Below, one piece after another: positions 13,380 through 36,602 of a stretch of DNA of 64,000 nucleotides. Position 1 is the first letter of the stretch, and every line of letters begins with the position of its first letter. The translations under genes were made by a program, and so were the position numbers. The DNA is taken from contig CAVNZM010000009.1 of the NCBI GenBank assembly GCA_963693365.1, positions 7,297,408-7,361,407 of the forward strand, written 5' to 3'. Below the pieces are notes generated by a model. It worked only from the letters and a program-made list of their open reading frames with translations. It was not told the origin of the DNA and searched no databases. The stretch comes from Amoebidium appalachense. Lineage: Eukaryota; Protista; Ichthyosporea.

Positions 13380-15130
13380 GGAAGGCATGTGCATGTATGT
13401 GTGCGACAATTCGTCGGGTGGTGTCTTGGAGAGAGAGATTGTGTGTGTGTATGTGGGGGGGGGGGGGGGGGGTCCTTACCGAAGAATGGTGGCTACAGAG
13501 GTGCTCATAAGGTTTAAAGTCTTTGGGGCTGCCGCAGGCTTTACATCACCACCAATAGGCAAAGGGCAATCGGGTGACGGCAGATAAATCCCCCCAAATT
13601 CCAAACTTCCACAGTGGTATCTAAAGGGGGGTTCAGATGGATTGCCCGACATGGACCCAGGAAAATTTTGCTGTAAAACCCTCCGGGTGTTGATTTTTTC
13701 GATTAGCTCTCTGGTCTTGCCATAGTCGAAGCCACTCTGGAATTCGTTTCTGAACTTGTCGTCATTGTTTGGAAATTCTGGATCCGTGTTCATTAGGGGG
13801 AATGTAGTGTTTTCTCTGTACAAGCTTGCCAAAAACCCCGGTTCTTCGTCAAATCCCGGTACAAAAAGAAGACTTTCCTTATTCGTTTTCCGGATAATGT
13901 TGCCAGCCGTTTCAATCAAGTCAGACCATGTGATGGGGTTGAGGGCTGATGTGCTTGGGGGGGACAAGCCCAACCTGTTTGTGTGTGTGTGTGTGCGCGC
14001 ACGCGCGCGTGTGTGTGTGTGTGTATGTGCGGGTGTGTGTGTGTGTGCGTGTTTGTGCGCACGCGCGCGCGTGTGTGCGTTTCAAAGTGCGTGCGTGTGC
14101 GTGTGCATGTGCATGTCCGTGTGCGCATGCGTGTGTGTGGATTTGTGCACCTTTTGTTATTTTCTGGACAAACCCTCCCCCCCCCCCCCCCCCCCCCCCC
14201 CCCCAGAAAAAAAAAAAAAAAACCCTCCTTTCCCTCACCATCCCTAAGACCATGTGTCTAAACTTCTAGTGCAAACACCCACACAGGGTCATTGCACGTC
14301 TCACAATTGTTATTCCCACCTCAACTTGTAGCAAATAAAAAGAAAAGGAGAAGTCGTGGGCAAGGAAATGAAGGTACAGTGAAAAGAGGCAAGTAACTCA
14401 AAACAGCAAAGAACACGGAAAACGAAAACGTATGACTTGAAGCACTGTGTCGATACTATTGCAAAACCTTAAACCCAAGCATACTAAAAAGTTACTCTAC
14501 ACACTGCAACTTTGCTGGTGCCATTATTCGACCCAACCGCCAAGAGTTTACTCATATAAACCTTGCTCTATTATTACATCATAGGGACCAGCATGTAAGA
14601 CTAAATGCACACACCCACCTTTCGAATGTTGTTCCGTTGTAGAGGATGAAACGTGGATGGCTAACAAGAGGAAGACCCATAACCTGTCTCCCTGCAGCTC
14701 TGCAGAATTTCAAAAAAGAAAAAAAAACGAGGGGGGGGGGGGGGGGGGGAGAAGGGTTTGAATGCGTTACAGAGGATAAACTACATATTCATACCGGACA
14801 ACACAATGCAGAGTGCAAAGCACACAGAAAGTTTGTGCACATTATTGGGGAGAGGGGGGGGGGGGGGGGGAAGGGGAGGAAGGGGGGGAAAAGGGGGGGG
14901 GGGGGGGGGGGGTCTGTGGCAACCCAGCATAGTATATGGTTATCATGTTGAATTCCACCCACCCGAAAATAAGTGGTGTAGTACAAGAAGATAGTAACAA
15001 CGCTCAAAGGCAATGAAATTTTTTTCTTTTTTCTTTTTTTCTTTTTCCTTCCCCCCCCCCTCCCCTCCCCCGCCCCCCTTTTTTTTTTTTCAAATGTAAA
15101 ACTTGAAAAACATGAGGGGGTGGAGAGGGT

Positions 15131-15178
<48 letters not shown>

Positions 15179-15293
15179 TATATATATATATATAAAACAT
15201 AGTGAATGCGTGGAATGCATACCAACCCCCCCCCCCCCTCTCCCCCCTTCCCTGATATATATATATATATATATACACATATATATATATATC

Positions 15294-15326
<33 letters not shown>

Positions 15327-15703
15327 TATATATATATCTTATATATATTAAAAAAAAACATCGTGAATGCGTGGAATGCAAACCAACCCCCCTCCCCCCC
15401 CCCTTTCCCCCTTACCCCACTCTCCCGGGGACGGTTCTTTCTTCCTCTCTCCTTTTTTTTCTGGCCCCCTCACAACCCAACGTGACACACACACACACAC
15501 ACACACACAAGAAAAAAAGAAAGAAAGACGCAAAAAACTAAAAAAACGAAAGAAAGTAGGGGGAAAAAGAACAAGGAAAGCGAGAAACACAAAAACACAA
15601 AGCAAGCGAACCCCCCCCGACACACAAAAACAAACTTAAAGACTTGGGATAGTGTTTCTGCCTCGCGACAAGAAAAGGGGTTGAGTGAAAGTTATCGGCA
15701 ACA

Positions 15704-15735
<32 letters not shown>

Positions 15736-16960
15736 TCCCCCCCCCCACCCCTCCACCCTCCCTGCCCCCTCCACCTCCCCTCTTTTCTCTACGTACTCCT
15801 GCCACGAACCTCATTGGCGAATAAACCAGGGGAGGAAAAAGTTGGACAAAAGAAAGAAAGAGGGGTCTGCACCAGCCCTCCCCCTCCCCCCTCCCCTCCT
15901 CCACCTCCCCCCCCCTTCCCCCCCCCCCCCCCCCCCCCCCCCTAATTGCTGGTTCCCTGAAAAGGAGCGATGGAAACCAAGCGAAGGAAGAAGGCTACGT
16001 CACAAAGAGCGGAAGCAAGGGGGAGTAGGGGGGGGAGGGGGGGCACAAGCAGTTACTAAACCCGGACTCGACTCAAACCCACCTCAGTTGCTGCTGTACA
16101 GCAGGAAAATGACTTCTCCTTGCCTGTTCCACAAACCATGCCCGTGCGCTAATCGCTGAGTATTCACTGTCAAAAAACCGATTCAGGCCCATGGCATGTT
16201 TTTCGCTCATTGCTTTCAAGTTCCACATGGGTGCGAGCAGTACATGTGGCCGCCCGGACGATTGCAGCGTGAACAAATCTGTTGCATTCTCTCTTGACAC
16301 GGGTTGAATATGTATTATAAAGTCACGCTTCATTTGCGCCTGCACCGGTTTGCCGTTGGGCTTTACGTAAGGCACGCCACTTGTTGCACTGAGTGTGCAC
16401 ACAGTACTTAGTGCCGCGCGTACGATTTCGCTCATTGCCCCCTTTTCGTGCGGTGCAGAATACTGACTCCATACAAGGATAGGTGCAAGTTGGTTGACCG
16501 GGGCATCCCAGAGCATGTTTCTTCTTGCCTGTGCATCTGTGTTTTGATGGCAAAAAACACCCGCCATTTTCTTCGTCAATATCACATAGCTCAACTCTGT
16601 CGCACGTGTTTCCCACTCCCAGGGGCCACCGACATGGCATTTCACGTTCTCGAAACTCTGGTCCATCACACATACCACAGGTTGGCTGCCACCGCAGCAT
16701 GTAGCCGTCGCATTGCTGAAAGTTGGTTCGTAAGTAATTATGTTTTTACATAGGTTTTCCGCATGTGTCTGCCAGTCCGCTTTCCATGGTAGAGTGTTCG
16801 TTTCGAGCCACGGTACATGTTGTGTGTCGGGCCACTTATAATCTTCGCCCATGACAAACGCATGGGACGATCTCACCCAAGGTAGCCCTGACAGCACTAG
16901 GTAAGTGCCCAGTACGAATAGCTGCTTTAGAGGCCCGTAAGCTAAACGAGTGTACTTCAT
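9293..16960 (-). CDS. Class C (metabotropic glutamate/GABA-B-like) GPCR with large ectodomain; exons 16960-16083, 13974-13480, 12514-11070, 9796-9293
   Basis: N-terminal signal-like segment (MKYTRL...[14 protein letters not shown]) and GT-AG junctions with matching phases. [15 protein letters not shown] resembles mGluR PWFxEFW..FxC and YIHGLALSL resembles VYAxAxAL. Seven hydrophobic segments, with FRKHPAV after TM1 and [11 protein letters not shown] before TM6 (cf. RxxPxxFNE). Exon 3 has frameshifts near 12140 and 12300-12400. Confidence 0.75.
15194..15392. repeat. Direct repeat (~37 bp x2) flanking (TA)n tracts in GPCR intron 1
   Basis: aaaacatMgtgaatgcgtggaatgcaWaccaaccccc at ~15194 and ~15356. 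Confidence 0.75.
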
Positions 16961-17720
16961 TTTTGTCGAATGCAATAAAAATAATATGTATGCACAATTA
17001 GTTGAGGCGCATAATGCATCTACTTCAGGATCGCAAAATGGACATGTCTTGTTCAAAGGGTCCAATTATACTAGCTGGTTGTGTAAAACACGTCCAATGC
17101 GTGTACACCCAGCCGCACCAGAGCCAAAAGCATCTGCTTGTATCAATTTCAGGGTGTACTTTGGAAATCTCGAGAACATTAATGCTCTGAGGTATGGGGT
17201 GTTCTGTGCCAGTATTTCACGTTTGCCACTGATGACATGCCAAACTGCACATCAGCAACCGGATATGTTTTTTCACAAAGGTAAACCACTGCCACTTTGG
17301 GTGGGTGTAGTAGGCAAAATTTTGTAATTCACATATACTGTGCTACAAAACGTACTAGTAAAATGTGTCAGACTTCGTGTCAAGAAGTGCAACACACTGT
17401 GCAACATACAGCACACCGGCTGCATGCACAGGTGGAGCTTAAATTTTTCGAAAGTAGAACGGTGATACACTCTAAACCAATCAAAACCAACTAACGGTGC
17501 GTGTAATCTCGCATTTGATTGGACAGACAGTCTCGGCTCGGCCGCGGCTCGACCCGAAATTCTCCGAAAATCGATATCCAAACCATTCGGGTCGCCATAG
17601 CCAATCAGATGAAGCCGTGTGATCTGTCACGTGACTAGCCCATGTGAGGTATTTGTGCGTCGCGCACGCTCCGTTTCAAGTCCTTTTCTTTCTGACGCGT
17701 TTGTGCGAGGAACCGAAAAA

Positions 17721-19615
17721 ATGGCTGTGCGTTTCCTAACAGAAAAACTCGTGTTTTGTGATGGTGTGGCTGCTCGTAGAACATAATGATAGTGCAAGGA
17801 TGAGAGTGTGTATGCTTGTTCGTTGACGGCGGAAGAAGCAGAGAGCGCCACACTTTTTTTCACAGTTAGCACATCAAACCACACCTTCCTTTATTTGAAC
17901 TTCACATCATCGTGCAAGTCGACCGTCTATAGGGAATTCTGCCTCTTTCCTCTCTTTCAACGTTTAGTCTTCCACGGTGAAGTAGTATTTTAAAGGGCAT
18001 ATGCTACCTCTATTTCCAAGCCTCTAGACTCGATTCACATGTTTTGGTCCTGACGGTGTTTTTTCCAATCACAGCCCAAGGTCGCTGTTAAGGGCAAGGC
18101 CGCCAAGGCCAAGAAGACGCAGCTCAAGTTCACCATTGACTGCACTCAGCCCGTCGGTGACAACATCTTCGATGTTGGCAACTTCGTGAGTTTCCCCTTG
18201 CTCGCTTGCCTGTTTATCCCCAAACCTCCTCCAACATCCACTCCCCCCTACCCCTCAACAACACCAATTTGCTCCCGCTACTACCCATTAGAGCTGTACC
18301 ATCACTTTTCTGCATCTCGTAGCTCGTGTACTCGTTTGTTGCTGTGGTTTCAGCATCTTTGAGCTTCTCTAGTGTGTTATCATGTTCCATCTGGCGCGAC
18401 TGCATGTTGGGTGCCCAACTTGCTTGCCCCACCGGGTTCCCAAAGGGTAGTGGTGACAGCCTGGTGCTGTGTCCACTGGCTCTAGGGTTAGGGTCACTTC
18501 CCTAGTCCCTAGCTGACCTTGGGTTTCCACACTCTTCTCCTGCATCACACACGCATGCGCGCGCACATACACACTCTTTGTGGCCCATTCCTTCACACAT
18601 TATCCGCCTGAGGGCGAGTTTTGTGCTTGGTTGTGGCTGCTCCTCCCCCCTTTCCCTCCTCCCTCCCCCCTCCCCCTTTTTTCCCTTTTGCCCGTTTGTG
18701 GCGCTTGCAGGAGAAGTTCCTTCACGAGCGCATTAAGGTCGGTGGCAAGACCGGCAACCTTGGTGACAAGGTCGCCATCTCCTCCGAGAAGACCAAGGTC
18801 ACCGTGACCGCCGAGGTAACACTTCTTCCCCTCCCCCACCCACCCATGCTGCTTTTCTGCATGCAATGCTTTATGTGCTTACCCTTATGAATGTAAACTT
18901 CTTCCTTCATTTTGTGTTCCTTTTGTTCCAACTCCCCCCGTCCAAACACACATAGACACCCATCCATCCACCCCCTGCCTTTCTGATGGGGTTGTGTCAA
19001 TAGACAAGAGTACCGCGTACCTGTGCACCCAATGTGCTTTCTGCCTGATGGCTCCTTGAGGGGCTGCTTGTTGTGTTTCTGTTTTGTAAGGTAGTGCCTT
19101 GTGGTATGGAGGAGGTGTTGTTACAGGTGAAAAAGTATAGTCTGACAGGTGAACTGGATGGGTTTTGGGGATTCTTGGAATGTTTTTGGGGTCAGAGTTC
19201 CATACACACACTCACACGTAAATATATTATACACTTGTATAACTTATTTTTCGAGGGGAGGGAGGAGCAGGCGCGTGTGCGCACATGACTGCTGGATATT
19301 TTTCAATTAGGCTCTACTTGTGGACATGTCGATGTGTTGCATACACAGGTATGTGCGTGTGTGTGTTGCAGAGGTACACATGTATAAATTTAAACCAAAT
19401 TCACACTCCACCTGCATCTTTTTTATTTTTCTTGAATCCTAACGTTTTTTCCTCGTTTGCAGTCGCCGTTCAGCAAGCGCTACCTCAAGTACCTGACAAA
19501 GAAGTACCTGAAGAAGAACCAGCTGCGCGACTGGATGCACGTGGTGGCCACGGGCCCCGCCGCCTACAACATCAAGTACTACAACATCAACCAGGACGAG
19601 GAGGACGAGGAATAG
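17721..19615 (+). CDS. RPL22: 60S ribosomal protein L22 (eL22); exons 17721-17726, 18075-18185, 18711-18815, 19463-19615
   Basis: Spliced translation [57 protein letters not shown]...[29 protein letters not shown]. Canonical GT-AG introns, 5'TOP-like pyrimidine tract at ~17681, AATAAA at ~19638. Confidence 0.97.
19018..19209 (+). ncRNA. Candidate intronic H/ACA box snoRNA in RPL22 intron 3
   Basis: ACCTGT/ACAGGT-closed hairpin, H-box-like AAAGTA (19132-19137), second hairpin with TCTGAC/GTCAGA and GTAT/ATAC stems, ACA at 19204-19206. Confidence 0.3.
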
Positions 19616-20840
19616 ACTTCCCGTGCACCTCTCCGACAATAAAATCAAAAAAATGTTGATGAAGGATGAATTTGAGAGGTGCATTATGCAAGCCTTTCTC
19701 CCACTATGTCTCTGTATGGGATGTTCAACAAGGCATTTGCTCAATCAAAAAGTACACATGAAGGGCTGTCGTTGCTTGATGAAGTGCTTGTGTGCATTGT
19801 GCACACCTCTCATGCTTGGTCTGCCTACTGCACATGTTTTTGGCTTTGAGACCAATAGGCACTTCTCCAATATGAAATGAGCAAAAAAGATATAAATATG
19901 GCAATGACCAAATGCTGCACAGAAGCAATGCGCTTGACACATGGCATTGTGTGCGCGGTGTTCCTGCACGTACACTCCATGAATTTGGGTGTTTCTTTGG
20001 TGAACATTGTAGTGAGTTTTGCCTCGCACATACACTATAAAGATAATCGTTGGTTCAGTAAAATCCAACTAAGGAGCCGAAACTGTACAAAACAACAACC
20101 ATATTCTTGTCTAAAATTGAACAGACCGTGCAGGCAGGAGACTGCATAGTGAATTTCTTGCACTTCCGTTGTCATCAAAGCACGTTACCCTGTATGCAAA
20201 CGTCATACTGTGTTCAGCGACCCCCCCCCCCCCCCCCCCCCCAAGAAAACAGCAATGGTTGTGACCAAAATCATCGCCCTGTCGACTGTCCGAGTCTGTC
20301 GTATATGATCACAGACCAAAGAATAGATACACTGTCAGTAGAATGATAACAATAAACGATTTTGGTGTTATACGGGCATTAAAACCCCGCAATCGTGCGG
20401 GCCGGATGCTCTTCCTCCCGTGCTTTTCAAGGTTCTTTCTCCCGTGCTTCCGCCCCGTAATCGTGCAGAGTCCCCCTCGCCTCCGCCTTTTGCTGTCCTT
20501 CTTAGTGAGTTTTTTCGGCACGTGTGTGTGTGTGTGTGTGTTTGTGTGCGTGTGCGTGTGTGTGCGGTTGTGCGTGTGTACATGTGTGTTTTGTGTGCTA
20601 CAATGTGTGTGTGTGTACTGTGTGTGTGTGTGTGTGTGCGCGCGCGCGCGCGTTCGTAATCGAGGTGCTTACATGCATATGCCAATGGGTAATGTGCATG
20701 TGAGCATGTGTTAAAGTCACATTTGCGTGTATGATTGTGTGCGTGTGTGTGTGTACATGCATGTGTGTGGCGAATATTTCTGCTTTTGCTCACTACTTGT
20801 GCATGTGTATTGAAGTCTCATGTGACCGGGGGACAAACAG

Positions 20841-21052
20841 GTGACCCATTAACAGATATTGCCTGGTATTTTTCTGAACTCTTTATAAACACCCCCACTA
20901 ATGCTGCGACTCAGTTTGACGGTTGGCCGGATGACCCTGTAATGACTGCTTCGCAGTTAGCCCGCATTTTAGTCCTGATCGTGTGTGGGCAGTTGTGTCT
21001 AGCTATCCGTCAGGTAATTCGTGTGGCCCCTAGTCACTCTGAGTGCTCTCTT

Positions 21053-21092
<40 letters not shown>

Positions 21093-21222
21093 CTCTAATA
21101 GATCAGTTTGTATATGAGTTGCCGTTTTCTTATTGTGTGAAGGCTTTACAGTGGAGATGTAACAAATACAAAGTTTACAGATATGTATGCCCTACACCAG
21201 AACAACACACCACACCAATTTA
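20841..21222 (+). other. Possible exons of an unidentified small membrane protein
   Basis: AG-GT-bounded open segment 20841-21013 (DPLTDIAWYFSELF...LARILVLIVCGQLCLAIRQ, hydrophobic end) and an AG acceptor at ~21151. No recognisable homology and no start codon found. Confidence 0.25.
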
Positions 21223-21472
21223 AACGAACATGCCCCCCAAAATGTGGTTTGCTTTCAACCTGTTTTCCTCCAGACATACACACCCGATTTACCCGGGCCC
21301 ATACACATGACATAGTGAAAGACCTACCGAATTTTACCGTGCTTGATTTCATAATTAACTCTGGCGAGTTTCTACTGTTTCAAAAGTGTATGGATTGTCT
21401 GGACATAAATGTAACACAGTCTCAGAATACGGGCTAATGTGTGAACATTAAAAAAAAAAAAAAAAAATAAAA

Positions 21473-21509
<37 letters not shown>

Positions 21510-22961
21510 GTTATCTCTCCACATGCGATGTCTATCTGATACGTTATATCTCCACATAAAAATCTGTATGATGTAAGTGTGACATAGATTTGTACATGTA
21601 TATCTTGTTGGGTGGAAGTGCTGTTGGCCTTGGTGCCGACATCTCATCACAGCTCACCTACATGTCGTTAATAAACAGCACATTCCCCCCCCCCCCCCAA
21701 GTCACATTTGCGTGATTTTAAAACCCGCGCTTTGGCCATCTTACTTCCTCGATTAAATTGTCCTCGAGGATAGGCCCAACTTAATCCTCGAGGATAGGCC
21801 CACATGCCCTGGCATAGAAGGGGACGTGCGCACATGTGACTTCAAGTCGCAACTTCACGAGGCTGCGCTCGTACCCTACTAGTGTGTGTGCACACTGTGT
21901 GCACGTGTGTGTGTGTGTGTGTGTGTGTGTACATGTGTGTGTGTGTGTATGCGTGCGTGCGTGCGTTTCTCTTCTTTCTCGGCCTCGCTCCCTGTGGGTA
22001 CGTACGCTACAATAGTAAAAAGTCACCTAAAGACTCAAGTCGCAACTTCAAGTCAAGACAAATCACCAGCCCCTCTCACCAATTATATTAATAAGTCACG
22101 TCGGCATACCTTGACTTAGTTGAAGTCACGGTTATTATTGTGACTTCAAATCGCAATTTTACGACTCTGCGCTTGCCGCCGCGGGGCTCGCATTTTAAAT
22201 TTGATGGTGGCACAGCTTGTCCCAGCGCATGCGATTCAGAGTTTGATTGGACCAAAAGCTGTAATGGAGCACCGCGCTGCGCTATATAGTTTATGCAACC
22301 TGATTGGATCACTCCATGACTTTTGCAACCTGATTGGTTCCGGGATTATTGCGGAAACAGCTCAGTCCTTCCCCTTCCCCAGACCCCTATCCCCAATTCC
22401 CATCTCCGTCAACCCAAACTCTCGGTCACGTGACCTCCAAACTAAGTGACCGAGTTTGGGAAAAATAGCAATGAAAGTGGATAAGGAAAACCTTTTATAC
22501 GCATGTATCCACGGCAGTAATCAATCATAATCGTGGTCGTACGCGTTGTTACAGAGCAATGCTTAATTCAGAAGATAGCTAAGCGGAAAAATACCACAAA
22601 CAAAAACAAAAAAAACAAACAATTAAATAGTTTTTCACAGAGCGAAATTCGTTCACAGGCCAACGGACATTATCTCTCTCTCGTGGGTTATGTCGTCATC
22701 ACACAAGCAGGGTACAAATCAATTAGAGCAATGCCTAAATGGAGCAAACTACCCAAAATTGCCATAAAAAGGAAAGGTATTTTCACAGCGGAAGCGTTCA
22801 CACGTCGACGACATAAATCATCTCTCTCGTGGTCTCCGTCGTCATCACACAAGCAGGGAAAAGATATGCAGAGAATGCCTGAAGATAACCAAGCCACAGC
22901 AATACCACTGTACCTAAGTAGAGAACACCAATAAGATTTTTGTTCACAGAGCGAAATTCCT

Positions 22962-32769
<9,808 letters not shown>

Positions 32770-33731
32770 TTTCGCGTGTTTTCTTAGGAGCTAATTGGTA
32801 TGTTTGAGAGAATGTGGTAGGTGTTGTGTTCTAACCAAGGAACAGCCTAATTTATATAAAATATGGTTTCTATATATACAAAGACTTCGTGTATAGCCCT
32901 GTTAAATATATTATAGTCGTTATAGAAGCAGAAAATAAATATAGGCGTTATAGAAGCAGAAATTATCTCAATGTGCTCGATATTTTGGATCAAGTGGGTC
33001 ACGATAACCTAGCTCTTCAGTTTCGTTGCACTTTTCAAAGTGCGAAAACAACCGTCCAACCAAGCAGTTTGTAGATCAAGGTTGCCGTTGGACCCTAAAA
33101 CCGAACCAATATTCAATTATGTGCTTATTTTACACACTTTATAAGGCAGTCACATCAAGTCGGTGAGTGATCACTATATTTTCTCTAGCTGTACATACAA
33201 AAGGCTCGAGGTTCATGTTTCATGTTTCAATGCTTCATGTTCGTTTGCGTAAGTGCTTCGCCGTAAGGCGCAGTCATTGCAGAGCAATTTGGCGGGAAAG
33301 TAAGCGTTGCCATAAAGAGACGATCCGATGCACCATATATAGTAAGTTTGAGCAGTGTAAACAGATTTGTGCTTTTGCCCGTTATTTTCTGCTTTTGTCA
33401 AGAGCCTGTTCGAACTTCACCTGTGTCAGCAGTGCCAGTCAGTTACAATTTCACAGTGTTTGCAAGTTTGGAGATTTGTTCTGGTTTTCGGTCATTTGTT
33501 GAACGGTCTTACACGACTAATCAGAGTGTGAGTGTAATGTTTCAGGGTGTCTGACTGTATGAAAGCTAGAGGGCGTGTTTATGACATATCAATGCTAGAT
33601 TTCAGCAATTTTGGCGTCCCCCTTTAGTGGGTTGACAAGCGATACGACCGGCTTGGGTGGTAACAGGAACGAGGTAGTGAGTGGACTTACAGTGTAACAC
33701 AAAAGCAAACTGGTCGTGGTTTTCTTCGAAC

Positions 33732-34038
33732 ATGAGTGGGTGGTCTGTCCTTGTGGAGGACACGGCTCTGGGTACGTTTCACCGCCAGCTTGCCGGAAGA
33801 ACATGGCAGATAGGGCTGCTGATGGGCCAGGTAGGCGTCTGACACACGCGTGACACTCCGCCTTCACCCGCTCACATCCGCACGCCGGATGCACACATAC
33901 ACACACACAGACACAAACACACACACACGCACACACGCACGCACGCACGCATACACACACACACACGTGCACATACAAATACACACACACACACACACAT
34001 ACACACACACACACACACACCGCAAGGATGCGCGGAAG

Positions 34039-34069
<31 letters not shown>

Positions 34070-34462
34070 GGTTTGCCGACAAGCGACCCGAGCATTCACA
34101 CGATTATACTGGACGCTTATACACCCAACCAGACTTCCGTGCACACGCACACACATGCACAGCCAAACTCGTGCACGCGTGTGTACATACACAAAAACAG
34201 AGAGAGAGGATTGAAAACACACAATTGCACACACTCACCCACACACGTTGCCACACTCACACATACTTACGTGTAGCACGCACATATACTTACCACTTTG
34301 AGATCCACACAATCATTCCTTTAAAAATATTGTGCACACACAGACATTTTCGCACACCACAGGCACATACAACTTGTCAGATGCTCACCAAATGCCCTCA
34401 TCGTGTTTGGAATCGTGCTGCCTGTGCGTGGAGCCTCATACCGAGAAAACAATACTGCAAGC

Positions 34463-34536
<74 letters not shown>

Positions 34537-35812
34537 TCATTATGACACTCCTCTCTTGAGCCTGACCTACCTCTCCCCCCCCCCCCCCCCCCCCTTCCCT
34601 CCTCCTCCTCCTACTTGTCCCTCTCTCTCCATGGAAGAAACGAAGTGTGCGCGTGGGGGCACATTTTGGGAAGGGTTGGTGAATAGGGGAAGGAGGGGGG
34701 GGGGGGGGAGGGGGGTAAATCGACAAAGAACCTGTAAAGGGGAGGCAGGGAGATTGAGGGGAAGAGTAAAACGAGAGGGAAGGGTTTATTAGTATGGAGG
34801 TGGACCAGACCGGGTTGAAGATGGACAATATAGCAAATCGGATTGAGACAGGTGGATGAAGTGGACATGGAAAAACAAGGTTTAATGAAAGCTGTCAAGT
34901 CGGGATGAAATGCATCCGAAGTTTGGTCGAAATGCATGCTGGATAATTGGTTGAACGGGGCGGGGGGTTGGGTGGAATGCCCACTTGAAGTTGTGTAGAA
35001 AGCGCTTTGAAAGGTGGGCGAATGGATGTTTCAAATCGAGGCACAGTGGAAAAAAGATGGAGTGAAATGATCAGATATGCGATTGTGTTGCTGCACAAGT
35101 AAAGTTTCGCTGAGGGCCAACTAATGGAGTCTGTATATTCCCGGCTCACTCATCTATTGGCAGGTTTATGCCCAAAAATGGCACGTGTGCTTGTTTATCC
35201 CAACACCTCCCCAGGAGGGAACCAGTAACACCCCCCCCCCCCCCCCCCCCACCATTGCCACATTCCCTTTCACGAGTCCTTTCCCTGTCCCCCTTGTCGC
35301 AAAGTGCCCACTATGCAGGCATGCACGCTGGCACGTGGGAGGGGTCGAATCTTTTCTTCTAGTTTTTCATTTTTTTTGGGGGGGGGGGGGGGGGAGGGGG
35401 GGAGGGGGGGGGGGGGGGGGGGGGGGGGCAGGGAGGTGGGGGACGGGGGGGGCCAGGGAGGTGGGGGGAGGGGAGGGGAGGGGTGTGAGGGTGGGATGTG
35501 TTTATGTGTGTGTGTGTGGGGTGGGGGGATAAATGTGTGTGTGGAGGGGAAGGGGGGTGAGGGAGAAGTAGGGGTGTATATGTGTGTGGCGGGAGGAGAG
35601 GGGTAGGGGAAGTCCGATTGTGGCCTTTTTTTTTTTTTTTTTTTTTTTTTGCATCGTAAGGCGGACGGTAAGCCCACGAGGCATCGATGCAAGAAAGAGG
35701 AATCAAAAACGAGACACTTACCTATTATGGCCGCGTGGGCGCACAACAGATGCTCAAGGTAGCAGGGGATTTGTTTCGGTTAAGGAAACCTGGGTTGGAG
35801 AGCACGGAAAAC

Positions 35813-35891
<79 letters not shown>

Positions 35892-36532
35892 CTGCGTGTG
35901 TGTGTGTACGTGCATGCACGTGTACACACACACATGCATGTGTGCGTGCGTGTCAGGTGTTTGTGCACCTGTGTGTGTGCGTTTGTGTCTGTGTCTGTGT
36001 CTGTGTCGTGTCTGTGTCGTGTCTGTATCTGTTTGTGTGTGTGTGCGTGTGTGCACGTGATCGTGCATGGCATGTGTATCCACCTTTACTCAAATACAAG
36101 TCACACAAGGCACACGTACGTGTACACCTGCGCTCACACGTGTGTGTGGTGTGCATGCAGGTTCACCGTATGCTGTGTGGGGGCCTAGACATCCTGGGCA
36201 TCTATGTGGCCGATTCAGCAACAAACCTGTCATCCAATCAAAATGCAATACGCCAATTCGCTGCCAAAATAGGCCATTTGTGCCCAAAAGCCACGGCACT
36301 TATAGCACAAGTTACCATCGAAACGAGAAAGTAACCTTCCCATCCCCCTCCCCCCCCCTCCCCCCCTCTTTCCCCCTTACACCCAACACGCAACCATGCA
36401 TTCCACCTCCCCTTCTTCCTTTTATGCTTCACTTTTTCTCTTTGCCTCGAGTAAACAGCGTAAACCCCCACTTTTTCTCCACCCTCAATTGGGCAATCTC
36501 CCCCCCCCCCCCCCCCTCCCTCCCGGGGCCCA

Positions 36533-36602
<70 letters not shown>

